Source: Octopus bimaculoides
Lineage: Eukaryota
DNA: 64,000 bases
Reading direction: 5' to 3'
Assembly (NCBI RefSeq): GCF_001194135.2
Contig: NC_068993.1
Span: forward strand, 25,453,258-25,517,257
Part shown: positions 48,690 to 62,227 of the stretch, piece by piece
Numbering within the stretch: position 1 is the first letter of the stretch
Layout: each line of letters opens with the position of its first letter
Notes under the pieces: generated by a model
What the model was told of the DNA's origin: nothing
What the model saw: only the letters and a program-made list of their open reading frames with translations
The model's database searches: none
Translations under genes and position numbers: made by a program

Positions 48690-49600
48690 CCCATCGTGTA
48701 GCATTATATTTTGCACACATGTAACATACTATCTGCCTTTCACTCTGATGTAGACCTCCTTTGTTGCCATCAGAGTTAACAGCTTCTGAAATTTTCTCCT
48801 GTTAGTCCTTACTCTGATTTCTATGTTCTCAAAACATATACACCCATCACTAACTAGACTACATTGATAACAGAAGCTACTAACTACTTTTAGAGAACTA
48901 TCTTGGCATTAACTTGAATCTATAATGCAAGTGCTCTCAGTTCTTACTTCCTCTATGCACTTGCTGTATGTAAAGTATTCCTTCTTTGTTGGCTTATCTG
49001 TGATCCCACTATCTCTCTTATATTTTCACAGCTTAAAGTGGATACACTTTCAGGAGTTCCTACCTTTTTTCTAGACACTATGAAGGTTATTTTCCTGATA
49101 GAAGCAGATTTCTGTCTTCTTTTCTACTTACCAATGCATTAGTTTTTGCTAGATTTACTTTGAAGTACCTTCATTCCAAGTTTTGTCTCCACATCTGGAA
49201 TTTCTTTTCTAATTCTACAAAGATTCAGCTGTAAGAGTTAGATCATCAGCATAAAGAAATTCCCATGGGTAGTCAAGATTTAAACTTCTCTGGTATGGCT
49301 TGGAGAACCATATTAAATGGAAGGAGGTTGAGGACTGAGCCTTGGTGTATCCTCATCTTCACTCTGAATTTAGCACTATATTTATCACCGACCCTCATCT
49401 TATTGACTGTACCTTCAAATATGGCATGCACAGCTTACACAAGCCATTTAGGGAGAAGGGGAACCCTATCAAGGACCTTTAGGTCAACAAAAGTCTGGCT
49501 AACTTCAGTAATACCTCTGTCTGGTACAAAACCAAACTGCAAATTTTCTATGATGAATATCTTTCTAATCAATTCTGCTATAACTCTGTCTGCAACCTTT
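48690..49600 (-). mobile_element. Decayed RTE-X-like LINE fragment; its 48875-49120 part recurs at 50597-50821
   Basis: RT motifs LQFGFVPDRG, FVDLKVLDRVP, VGIHQGSVLNL, LLYADDL-like (tttatgctgatgatcta on minus). The related block at 50597-50821 differs by scattered substitutions and one ~20-bp indel. Confidence 0.7.
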
Positions 49601-49806
49601 ATAATCTGGTCTAATCTGCAACCTTCATAATCTGGTCTAATCTGCAACCTTCATCATCTGGTCTAACAGTGTAACATCTCTGTGGTTTCCCCTCTCTAAT
49701 GCATCACCTTTCCCACTGTAGCAGTTGATAATGATATGGTCACACTAATCATTGGTATGACAACACCTTCCTGTTCCACCTGTTTTACTACACTCCATGA
49801 ATTCGT

Positions 49807-49846
<40 letters not shown>

Positions 49847-51981
49847 CTCCCCCATACACACACATGTGCCCCCGTACACACACNNNNNNNNNNNNNNNNN
49901 NNNNNNNNNNNNNNNNNNNNNNNNNNNNNNNNNNNNNNNNNNNNNNNNNNNNNNNNNNNNNNNNNNNNNNNNNNNNNNNNNNNNNNNNNNNNNNNNNNNN
50001 NNNNNNNNNNNNNNNNNNNNNNNNNNNNNNNNNNNNNNNNNNNNNNNNNNNNNNNNNNNNNNNNNNNNNNNNNNNNNNNNNNNNNNNNNNNNNNNNNNNN
50101 NNNNNNNNNNNNNNNNNNNNNNNNNNNNNNNNNNNNNNNNNNNNNNNNNNNNNNNNNNNNNNNNNNNNNNNNNNNNNNNNNNNNNNNNNNNNNNNNNNNN
50201 NNNNNNNNNNNNNNNNNNNNNNTCAAAGACTTTCCGTATTCCCGAGCGTCATACTAATATATACTTTTGTTATTTACACCACCTGTCCTCGTCTGTTGTT
50301 ATTTTTTGTATAATCTCCCATATATATATATATATATATATATAAATATATATTTATGTGTGTATATCTTTGTGTCTCCGTCTGTCTTGCCACCCTTACT
50401 TGACAACCAATGTAACTTAGCAGTTCAGCAAATGAGGCTGATAGAATAAGTACTAGGCTTACAAAGAATAAGTCCTGTGGTCGATTTCTTTGACTAAAAT
50501 CCGTTTAAGGTCGTGCTCCAACATGGCCGCAGTCAAATGACTGAAACAAGTAAAAGAGTAAGAGAGTGGATAACAAAACAGAATGGATAACAAAAGCCAT
50601 CAACTACTTGTAGAGAACTATCTGGGCATTAGCTTGAATCGATAATGCAAGTGCTCTCAGTTCTTACTTCCTCTATGCACTTGCTGCATGTAAAGTATTC
50701 CTTCTTTGTTGGCCTGTCAGTGATCCCACTTAAAGTGGATACACCTTTAGGAGTTCCTATCTACCTTTTTTCTAAACACCATGAAGGTTATTTTCCTGAT
50801 AGAAGTAGGTTTCTGTCTTCTGGTGGTTTAGGTAGTGAACAGAATACCTTGTGGTATTTGTTCTGACTTTCTGTCAAGTGAAATCCCACCATAGTCAAAT
50901 GTACAGAATTTTTTTTGCCAGTTTAATTTACTTAATTACAAAAAGCCAAGGGAAATAAATGAAATGGACCAGTGGCTTAAATTTACATAACTTCTGCAGA
51001 TGCTGATGGAGATGTATTCAATGATATACACATTAAATTCTAAATGAATTAAACTTTTCATAATCATGGCATGGCTGTGTGGTAGGAAGTTTGCTTCATA
51101 ATCCCATGGTTCCTGGTTCAGTCCAACTGCATGGCATGTTGGAGAAGTGTCTCCTACTACAGCCTTGGGTCAACCAAAGCCTTATACGTGGATCTGGTAA
51201 ATGGAAACTGAAAGAAGCCAATCATGTGTGTGTGTGTGTGTGTGTGTCCCACCACTGCTTGACAAATGGTGTTGGTGTGTTTACATCCCAATAACTTAAG
51301 ATTTCAGCATAAGAGTACCATACTTTACAACAAAGAAATAAGTACTTAGCCTTGAATTTTATTAGAAATTATCAACCTGTGTCCCAGCACAAGTAAATGA
51401 AAGCTGAAGATGTAAAATGTATTTGCTGAAAATCTCTGTAAAATCTCTATTTCTATTTGTAGCAGTCAAATGAAAAGCCTCAAATATGTCATTCCCTTCA
51501 CCTCTAACTCTATACAGAACATATTCAGCAGAACTTTTCTGAAACTCTCCTTCTTACTTCCAGTCTCACTGCTGCATAGACACAATCTCTACATTTGAGA
51601 AGTCTTCCAAGCATGCCGTCCAAACAAAGTAGCAAACCTTGATGGCACCTTTTGCATTATCCATCCTAAAATAGTGTACTTTAGAGGTAGCTCCTATCTT
51701 TCTTTTATCTTGCTGGGCACCACTTTGAAGAATTCTTTTTAGTGGAATGAATTGACCCCAATACTTAATTTTTGTTCTTCAAGCCTGCTACTTATTCTAC
51801 GAACATCTTTTGCTGAACCACTAGGATACAGGGACATAAACACACCAACACTGGTTGTCAAACAGTGATGAGGGGACAAACACAAAGACACCTACACATA
51901 GATATAGATATTCATGATGGGCTTCTTTTAGTTTCCATCTGTCAAATCCACTCACAAGGCTTTGGTTGGCCTGAGGCTATA

Positions 51982-52460
51982 ATAGGAGATACTTGCCCAA
52001 GCTAGTTTTTTGTTTAGTTTGGCCATCCTCCTAGATACTTGCAGGGATTTCACTCAAGCATGTTATTCCTTGTGGTCCCCTATACATGTTCTTAATTCAT
52101 CAACATTTGCCATTGGACTGTCCTAAAGTAAGTTGTCCTCATAGGTTAGATGTTTTCTTCCCTTGTTGATTCTTCCTTCAACTGACTACCATAAGACCAG
52201 TTGACACACTGGTTCTCCTGGGTACCTGACAAAATGACCTGCAATTCTTATTCTTCTCTGCTGAATCTTCTCAGTCACTTTAGGTAGATTCTGATAAAGC
52301 TGCACGTTGGTTAAATGAGCTCTCCATAGAACATTCTGAGCCACACTTAGCATTTTTGTGTTGCAGTTATCTATTTGTTTTCAAGCATTTTGGTGAAGGT
52401 CCAAGTTTCAGAACTGTATAACAAAACTGTCTCATCTATGGAGACAAACAATCTAATTTT
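51982..52460 (-). mobile_element. RTE LINE 3' fragment nested in a SINE
   Basis: Reads ETVLLYSSETWTFTKMLEN..TKML....NVLWRAHLTNVQLYQNLPKVTEKIQQRRIRIAGHFVR; flanked by caag at 51978-51981 and 52461-52464. Confidence 0.8.
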
Positions 52461-52966
52461 CAAGGTGCCACACAGAGGGACTGAACCTGGAAATATATGG
52501 TTGAGAACCAAGCTTCTTACCACACAGCCACTCCTGTGCCTATAATCATCAAACCCTTAAATCTTTCTCCCCACTCACTTCTTCTACAGATATTTAACTC
52601 AATCTTTGGAAACACATATCAATCCATTCCATCTCCAAACTGGTGAATTCTTTAACTCTATTAACTAAATCTCTTCCATCATCTCAAAAATGATGAACTT
52701 GGTTAACAATCACATTTTTCATCATCCAGTGTACCCTGGAATGGCTTCATAGAAACAGATCAACAGGAGGCATATTCTCCAGCCTTGTTCTCAAAACTAT
52801 GAAAGATAAGTTACTGCATTTGAAAACAGCAAAGCTTTCAATGGTGTTCCAGGATAGTAATACTGCTAAACACATCTGTATTCTAGACTAAATCCAAAAG
52901 AAAGTCATTAGGCCATCTGGCTTGTATTCAATTACCAACATGTTTCAACCATTCATAGCTGCATTG

Positions 52967-53002
<36 letters not shown>

Positions 53003-55126
53003 TTCTTCTAAGATAACATTGTTTTTTAAACTAGATAGCTGCACTACATTTCTATCATCCTTCGATACATCTCTTTCCACTATCTCCTTTCCTGGTATCA
53101 CTTAAAAAGATCCTTCAAAAATATTCTTCACCCAATTTTTCTTCCCCATAATTACAATTTTCTAGAAATATAACCCTACTCACCTGTTTCCTATAGACAT
53201 CATCCTACAAATGTTCATTTCAAACAGCATCAATTGCATTAGGGTGAGAGGGGCCATCAACAATGCCTTCCCTCCTCCTCTCTCTATGTAAAAGCTAGAT
53301 CTAACCGGAAAAGCTAATTATTTAGGGATATATAATGGTATAAGATGATAGCTTAACTGTAATGTGGTAATTGATATAAGAATTGCTTAGTGTCATAATA
53401 TACCATGAACTTCAAATACAAATATCCTGTTATTATATGGCGATACTTTTCTTTTTGTTTAATATGAAGTCTTAAGTGAAGGAGCAGTAAAATAGTGAAA
53501 CTGATTTCCAGGTTCAACCACATTGATGACTAATGAAAATGTGAGCAAGGAGAAAGTGTCAGTTCAAGGAATGAGACAGGCTGTAGATGATAAAAGGAAC
53601 TAAGGAAGGAGGTTGAGTGTATGGAGAATACAGTTTTCTAATTCTGAGTAACATGAACCATTGTGGGAATCATAGAAGAGAGAAAGAAAATATACAACAT
53701 GTCTGTAAGCAAGTGGTGATAACACATTAATATGTGAAAGTTTTAAAAACAGTTTTCAGTTTATGATGCAATCTGCAATACCTATGTGTGTAGCTGTTAG
53801 ACTATCCAAAATATATGAACAGTACTCTATTTTACATTAGAATACTGATATATGAACAGTACAGTTTTTAAACAACTGCCGGTCCCCTCCATAGGTTAAA
53901 GGTGATTTACAATAATAAATCACCTTTAACCTATGTAGGGGACTGACAGATGTTTAAAAATTGAACTATTTCTACCTTTGGATGCAGTTTTGTAAATGTT
54001 ATAGTTATGTGGTAGTGATGTATTCATGTCATACATGAGTGGTTGCCAAATGTTCAAGATGTGGTGAAGGTGGTGAGCTTGCAGAATCATTAGCACACCA
54101 AGCAAAATGCTTAGCAGCATTACATCCATCTTCACATTCTGAGTTTAAATTCTGTCGAGGTTGACTTTACCTTTCATCCTTTCAGGATCAATAAATTAAG
54201 TACCAGTTGAACACTGGGGTTAATGTAATCAATTTACCCTTTCCCCTAAAATTGCAGGCCTTGTGCCAAAATTTGAAATCAACGTTAAAGATGGGTGATT
54301 GTGTTGATGTTGATTGTTTCAGAGTCTGCAAGAGTTATGGATACAGCCCTTTCCTTCAGACAAATCCAATAAAAGAAAGATCATCAAAGATTGTTAAACT
54401 TGTCATTTGGAAAGATTGAAGGTTTTATTTACTTATTGTTCCTAAATAAAGAGGGAAGTGATACGATGACTGTCTTCGTGCTTCTCAGTGAGACTAGGTT
54501 ATCATTTCCTCATCAGATAATGTTTATAAAGAAGACTCACTTCTTAAAAATAATGCACGACTTGTGTGAGTTGTCTAACGTTTAAATAACCCTTTAACTG
54601 AAAGTTTAAGAAGAGATGGGTAATATTACCTGCTTGAAAGTGAGTATGGTTATAAATAATAGCAAGTAGAGTTATTAACATTCAGATAGAAGAATATAGG
54701 AGACAGAATTGAAGCTTGAAATTCTCTAACATACATCATATGATGTATGTTAGAGAAAGCCACTCAACATATTCTGAGAGGAACAAGTCTGATAGAAGAA
54801 AACTTTGAATTCTTTTCATGTTCAAAACATAACACAAAATAGGTTGAGCATCTTTGAATAAAATGTATGGTGCCACTTTCCACAAAGATTTTACATAGCA
54901 TAAAAGCATAATGATATATCATATAGGATATCTTTATAATAAAACTAGATTGATATAACAAAATAATGATGACATTTGGCATGAATTATCTTAGTTCAAC
55001 AGCAGATGTCAATAAAAGGATTACTGATTATAGAATATGATAGCAGTTTAAATATAAAATGTAGGTAGCATAATACATGATCTTAAATCAAATATGAAAT
55101 CTGAGAAACAAGAAAATATAATTTAC

Positions 55127-55318
55127 CTTCACATGAAACATTTTTCTTTGACCAGGAACCATCTTTTAAACATCTAAAAGTTGAAGATGCAGGCAAACGG
55201 AAACCTTTGCGACATTTTACTTGGCAGCGACTCCCTAGTTTCATTAAAGGGTCTTTTAAGCATCTCTGATTTTTGACAATAGCATTTTCTGGTACTTGAA
55301 ACTTGTCACAGAATTTAG
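55127..55318 (-). CDS. Exon 2: sushi/CCP domain (CCP-1, six-Cys type)
   Basis: 192 nt, phase 1-1; ttccacag / G|gtaaat. Reads (A)KFCDKFQVPENAIVKNQRCLKDPLMKLGSRCQVKCRKGFRLPASSTFRCLKDGSWSKKNVSCE, with the C..G..C...C..GF.L......C...G.WS....C pattern. Confidence 0.95.
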
Positions 55319-56237
55319 CTGTGGAAAAAAAATATTTAAACATATTCAAGATAGTTAGTTCACATAATTAATGTTTGGTTTCAGTTTTGAATTCTTTGCT
55401 TTTATTTATTGAAATTTGTAGTAATCAAGTAGTAATAAAGCAACATTGAATATGTTGTCAATGGAGAATATGGCCCTCAATCAGTAGCATTGCTAGAGTG
55501 TGCCACCTGGATCAGCCCTTGAATGTATTCCCCCCAATCCACCCACCTTCAGGGAACTGAAGCTGATATAGGCTAATACAGCAAACCAAAAAGTGTCACC
55601 CCACAAAAGTGCCACTTAGCAGTGGGAAGGAACCCATCTCACCTCCTCCCCAACTACACTGCTGTCACAGATATCAGGTGGAAGGAGTTGTTGTTGTTGT
55701 TTAGTTCCAAGTAAACCCTGATTCAACAGACTTATGAACAATAACGCCCCAGCTATAACTGCCATCTGTTTGCATTTTAAAGATGCTATTGTTCACTATG
55801 TTCTTCCCTTTTCTTAAGAAGTTATTTGAGAGAGACTTAATTGTTATTTATAACCCCTTAACCAAGCTTGTAGAGGCTTCCTATTTGCTCCATTAGAGCA
55901 ATAAGATTACATGTTATTTCATGCCACTCTGAAAAGCATTAGCTGTATAAAATGTTTGGCGATTCAATGATTATTTTTAAAACTTTATCTCCAGTTTTAA
56001 ACTGAACAATATGAAATATTTCAGAAATATCAAAAATGATTTCATAACAATTTCTGAAACTCTGCATTTTATTTTAACAGTTTGATTTTGAAATTCAATT
56101 AAAAGAGCCAATATATTCAACACTTTACATGTTAAAAAAATCTAAGTAAGTTTTAAATATTTCTTCATACATATATATTCTTAGTCAAACAAGATAAAGG
56201 AATATGAATAAACTCAACAGAGAATCAGTTTATTTAC

Positions 56238-56360
56238 CTTTACATGAATATCCATCAGGATTGAGAGTGAAACCAACTTTACATTTGCAGAAATAACTCC
56301 CCTTCGAATTGACACAAATATGTTGGCAGCTGGCATTTTTCTTCTCACATTCATTGATAT
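56238..56360 (-). CDS. Coding exon 1 of 14 in window: calcium-binding EGF domain (EGF-1) of a multidomain EGF/CCP/HYR protein
   Basis: 123 nt, phase 1-1; acceptor tgtttcag, donor G|gtaaat. Reads (D)INECEKKNASCQHICVNSKGSYFCKCKVGFTLNPDGYSCK, with the D-x-N-E-C and C-x-N-x4-Y-x-C cbEGF consensus. Confidence 0.95.
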
Positions 56361-56984
56361 CTGAAACACAGATGGTCATGTTTTGATTGCTACAACATAA
56401 ATGGTGTCAGAAACACTTACAAATATATTTGGAATAAGTGTCTTACCATATAACTTCCTACTATTTTAATCCAAATATAACTTAAACCTCTTTAACTTAA
56501 GAGACAGAGTATAAGAGAATGAGAGCAATCAGAATATTTATCCCGAGTTTGGTGACCCTAACATTCTTGTCAATTAATCTTCATTTATTTTATTTTATGG
56601 AGAAAACTGATAAAACCAGAAATTCAATAGTAAGGTGTAGCAACAGAATGCTTGGTATCGATAGACACCAAATTGGAATCAATAATTCTAGTTTTAATGT
56701 GAATTGTTCCTTCGAGAACAATACTAAACTTAGAGACTTTGACTTATTGATTAGGAGGTTTGAAAAATTCTGATATCAATATATGTCCATCTGACTGACC
56801 CACCCACCTCCTAACATGTTAATATGTCAGAATCTGCTGGATGTGTTGACACATTCAAAGAGTCTACAAATGTAGCCATATTCCAAGAAAACATGGCTTG
56901 GCTAGGAGATTAAGATATTTTAAAAATCATTTAGTTATAAGTAAAATAGAAAGCAGTTATAGCCTTTGTAGGTTCACTAATAGT

Positions 56985-57290
56985 GGTGAGGTCAATGGGA
57001 TTACCACAATCCATGAGATTAATGAAGCTCCTGGGATTAGTAAGGTTAATAGGATTAGTCAGACCAATGATATTAGTAAGGCCAATGGGATTAGTGAGGT
57101 CAGAGACCAAAGGGATTATTGGATTAATGGGATTAGTGAGGTTAATGAGATTATTGAGGCCAATGGGTTTAGTGAGGTTAATGAGATTATTGATGCCAAT
57201 GGGTTTAGTGAGGTTAATGGATTAGTAGGGTCAGTAAAGTTAATGTTAATGGTACTAGGAAGTCAACAGGCTCAGTGAGGTTGATATGAT
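56985..57290. repeat. 18-bp minisatellite with a 36-bp higher-order unit
   Basis: aatgggattagtgaggtt units; aatgggtttagtgaggtt+aatgagattattga(g/t)gcc repeated. Confidence 0.8.
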
Positions 57291-57307
57291 TTGTGAGTCA
57301 TATCATA

Positions 57308-57563
57308 AGAGAGAGAGAGAGGGTGTCGTAGAGGAAGACAGAGGGTGAGAATGGGAGAGAGAGAGCAAGAGATAGAGAGAGAGAATGAGAGGGAGAAAGG
57401 GAGAGAGGGAAGGTGAGAGAAAGAGAGAGGGTGAGAGAGGGAAAAGAGGATGAAAGAGGGTGAGAGAGGGTGAGAGAGGGAAAAGAGGATGAAAGAGGGT
57501 GAGAGAGGGAAAAGAGGATGAAAGAGAGTAGAGAAGGTGGGAGGGAAGGAGAGAAAGAGATAG

Positions 57564-57656
<93 letters not shown>

Positions 57657-57670
57657 AAGGGAGAGAGATA
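57308..57670. repeat. Polypurine tract: (GA)n, (GATA)n and repeated gagagagggaaaagaggatgaaagag
   Basis: Directly visible. Confidence 0.9.
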
Positions 57671-57934
57671 GCTAAAGCTGACCCCAGGCTAACTGAATTT
57701 CAGTACTCTTATGAGTATAATTTGGTAAAATTTCACACAAGTTAAAACTGAAAACGTAGGAATAAATCATTTTATTTTATTACTTTCTCTTTATATTTGT
57801 TACAAAACCCTCAATAAGTGACATGGCCTGATGTCTCTGATGATTGCCTGAGTGACCAATACCTTCAACTAGCTCTGGAGAGAGCTGAATCATTGACATG
57901 TGTACTGATGTGCTTTGATGCGCTATTAAATAAA

Positions 57935-58460
57935 ACTGCTGAATATGTTAATGGTTTGTGTGTTGAATACGACTGCTAATGACTGTATGATTGGCAATGA
58001 TTTTTGTGTTGATTATGACTAAATGTTTTTGTGTGTTAAATATGACTGTAAAATTATTTGTTTGTTAAATATTGTAAGATTATTTGTATACTGAAAATGA
58101 TAGCTTGAATTTTTTGTTTAGAGGATAACTAAATTTTTATGTGTTAAATATGATTGTAAAATGAGTTCTGTGTTGAATAAAGACTGTTAATTTTTTTATG
58201 TGTTAAATATAAATGTTAATGGATTGTATGTTTAGTATAAACTGTTAATGGTTAGTGTGTTGAATATGACTGTTAAATATTGTGTGTTAAATATGAATGT
58301 TAATGGCTTGTATGTTGAACGTCTGTTAAAGGTTTGTATGTTAAAGATTTGTATTAATGGTTTGTGTGTTCAATATCGTGTGTTGAATGGGACTGTTAAT
58401 GAATATATATTGAATATGACTGTAAAACGATTGTGTTGAATAGAACTGTTAATGGTTTGT
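57935..58460. repeat. Old ~28-30-bp minisatellite
   Basis: Recurring tgtgttgaatatgactgttaatggtttg-like units. Confidence 0.75.
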
Positions 58461-60634
58461 GTTTCAAGAAGAAAGTCAGTCAAAAGAAGTATTGCAGTAC
58501 TAAATCTTTCTGCTAAAATCCATAAATGACGTAATGCTTTACTATTGATGACAAACACAATGTAGTTCTTCTTATTGATTGTTTATTTCTCTTCTTTTGA
58601 TACTCCCAATCAACATACACAATTGGATATTCTACATATTGTTACAGATGTTGGCAATTTTGCATTGAAATGATTTCTTCTTTTCTCAAAGGTCAGACAC
58701 ATTAAAACCTCATTGGAAATTATTTTCCCCAATTCCTTAGGACTGTTATTTTTTGTTTTAGTTTGTGATAGTTAATACATATTTTATATTAATTTATTAC
58801 ATCTTCAAGGCAGTAAATTGGCAGAATCATTAGGATGCCAGGCAAAATGTTTAGCAGTATTTTGTCTGTTCTTACATCCCGAGTTCAAATTCCACTGAAG
58901 TAAACTTTGCCTTTCATCCTTTCAAGGTCAATAAAATAAGTACCAGTTGAACACTGAGGTCTATGTGATCAATTAATTCACTTCCTCAAAATTGCTGGCC
59001 TTGTGCCAAAATTTGAAATCAATTTGTTGTCTTCTTAAAGTTTCCTATCCAGCCTATGTAGCCTAAGCAGATAATCGCAGGACCTTTTACTGCTCTTTTT
59101 CTTTTTCTAGGTTAAGGTTGGTGGTTGTGTGAGATATTTTAAGTAATAATGAGTAGAATGTCCTTTTGGAATTAATCAGTGGAAGGGTTTCCATCCGTTT
59201 GTTTTCTCTAGATTCAAAAGAAATTAAAGTCATTAAATGAAATATCCCTCTTGCTACATAACTTTTGAAGACTTTTTTCATATAAAGTACTTTATCACTA
59301 GAATTTAGTAAAATTCTTTGTTTTGTCAATAATTTTTAGGTTACCAATTAAATTTTACTAAATTTTAATAATAAAAATTTACTGCAGTTACTATCATTAT
59401 AATAAGTAAATAGGATTTTGTTTCATTGTAAAATCTTTCAGACTAACTAATATAATTCTTTGTTGATATTGTAGGTCAAACATTAATAAATTATATGATC
59501 AGAATATTACATTCCATCTTACATTCAATGTGTAAAATTATGTGAATGTCAAGGGTTGCTATGTAAAATTTCATTGGCTTAATATTGATTAGAAAATATC
59601 GTTCAGATGTCTCTTAGTGATTATAAATGTGTACATAGTATTTCTCCTGATGCTATTTTAAACCTCCTTCACATTAAGGAGTTACCTATTCTTACACTAG
59701 ACATAACATTATTTCTAAAATGGAAACACATGACAAAAGTTTCCTCCCATCCTCCTAAATATTGGAATATCCTTCCTGTGAATCTTTGCTTGTCAAGCTT
59801 AATTGATATACTCAAACATCATACTAAGCTATTCAAGAGTTAATTGCACCAGTTACCATTCTTTGATATATGCTGTACAGATAAGTCTGTGTGGTTATAC
59901 AGTTTATTTCATAACCATGTTATTCTGAGTTTGGTTCTACTATCCTACAGCATGTTTCTTTAGGTAGGTGTCTTTTCCTATAGCAGTTGGGTAACCAGTA
60001 CTTTGAAAGGTATTATTTGGTTGATGGAAATTGTGCTGGAGCCAGTCATATGTGTATGTGTATATACGTATGGATGCACGTGCATATATATGTGTATTTA
60101 AGCATATATCTTTTGCTGATGTATATCATTGAAAGTTGTAAACATGTGTGAGAAAAACCTATCTTTTTGATACATGTGATATTTGTTCTGCCCAAGTTTT
60201 ATACACACTCCTCAAGAATAATCCAAAGCTTGATTTGTTGGAAATCTTTGATCAATGACACTATTATTCCCAAGATGTGATATAAGATGTTACAATATTG
60301 ATAACACATTCACAAAGGAACTAGTGATTTTCATGTCCTATTACAGACAATAATCATATAAAAAGACTAAAACAAACTTAGATTGGCACACTTCAAACTT
60401 TCTTCAACTATATGGCAATAATAAGATTATGTCTGATCCAAAAGAGGTCAGATGAGTTGATAAGTTCTAAAAATATGAAGGAGTGGTTCTTTTAAATTTG
60501 GAGATTGAGCAACAATACTACAGTTCTACACACCACTGCAGTTACTTCTTTATTAAACTTGATTGCTTTTAGTCAAACAAATAATGAGCCTTGTACAGCT
60601 GCTGTAAAATTATCAGTACATAATAATTATGTAC

Positions 60635-60910
60635 GGAGGCACATGGCCTAATGGTTTGAGCAGTGGACTCATGGTCGAGGGATCGCGGGTTCGAATCTCA
60701 GACCGGGTGAAGTGTGTGTTTATGAGTGAAACTCCACGTGGCTCTAGCAAGATGACTCTTTCGCCACAACTTTCTCTCACTCTTTCCTCCTACATCTAGC
60801 ATCTCACCTGTGATGGATCAGCATCCCATCTATGTAGGGAACCTATACACCAATGAAACTTGGAAACCAGTCCTTATGAGCCAGGCATGGCTCAAGAAGG
60901 AACAAACAAC
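60635..60910 (+). mobile_element. tRNA-derived SINE of a fourth family with intact Pol III boxes
   Basis: A-box TGGCCTAATGG and B-box GGTTCGAATC, followed by a non-tRNA core (tgtgatggatcagcatcccatc) and an RTE-like tail (cttatgagccaggcatggctcaagaagg). Confidence 0.7.
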
Positions 60911-62163
60911 AGCAATTAGGACATTGATACCATATCAATTCAGTTAAGACTTTCATGAATTTAGGAAAAGCAGACAAAGAAATAATGGAAACATTCACAG
61001 TAATGATACTGATAACACAAAAACTAATGATTATTCAAAACAAACCTTCGTTTTTCTTTGTCTTAACAATTTCCTATTAAATCATCTTGACAGATGACTT
61101 TCCCTGATCCAGATCTCCTTTCAAAGACTTGAATTTTGTAGTGTTCAAAACAGAATGAAATAATCTTTCAGATAGTAAATACATTTGATTCCTAGTTTCT
61201 CTAAATGTTTCTTTATCTCAGTAAGTCTTATTGACTTCCGTATTTGCATTGGGTTCCATATTGAAAGTCATCCAGTTTCATATCAACACCTGACCCTTGG
61301 GTACCTTTAGCAGAGTTCAATCTGTTGTAAGCATTCAGGTCAGGCCTTTAGCTTTCTAGTAATTTCCTTTCCCCACCACTACAAGTCTTGGAGATCCAGT
61401 GCAACAGTTATGGGTGCTGCCCTTCTTGGATTAAATCACAACAAAAGAAGAAAAAGGAAAAAGCCATTTAGCACTTATTGAGGTTTCATACAATTTACGA
61501 ATAGGCTCTGCACCAGTAGATGCTTATACTGAGGCACATTACAATGAAGACTAACTTAAATATACACAGATGTGCATTTTATTCTATGCTCATCTCATAT
61601 CTTTCATTCCTTATTTTTGTCTACTGCATGCTGTGAATATCCTGCAAAAACCTAAAGTTTATTACAATACATGGGATCATACACACTTGAGTGTAATTTG
61701 AACTTTGTAACAACTTTATTTCCTATCAAGCAGTCATACTAGATTTATTCAAAAGAAATAAAACAAAAGACATTTGTTGATGTAATAAAAAGAAAAACTC
61801 CATGTGATAACTAATTAGTGCCACATGCACTGTTCCCTGACTTGTAAATATCTCATCAATGGGAACAGTTTTATACAAGGATGGAGATAAGCTGCTGGTA
61901 TGGAATGAATAAGCATCCAACTAGAATTGAAATCACTCTTAGATGATCAGAGCCTTCTTACTCTATGGTATGTGGCTGGGATGTAAGGCATGATGGCCAG
62001 TAGATTTGATATAGCTTTCACTATTTGTTTCTTTTCAATTATTTTAATTATTTCAGTTACTATGTGGTGGATTGGCAGACTTGTTAGTGTAGAGGTGAAC
62101 TATATGTCTGGTTATATTTAGCTTTCTTAGGCAGTTTTACAGAATCTAACTCCAGACAGAAAG

Positions 62164-62227
<64 letters not shown>

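Noticed and set aside
50223-50330. Penelope-like element end beside the gap (similar impression at 6975-7009)
   Set aside because: Resemblance is from memory only; too little sequence and no coding motif to support the call.
60635-60710. tRNA gene
   Set aside because: A and B boxes are present, but no convincing acceptor stem; the sequence runs into a SINE core and tail. The same applies to the other SINE heads.
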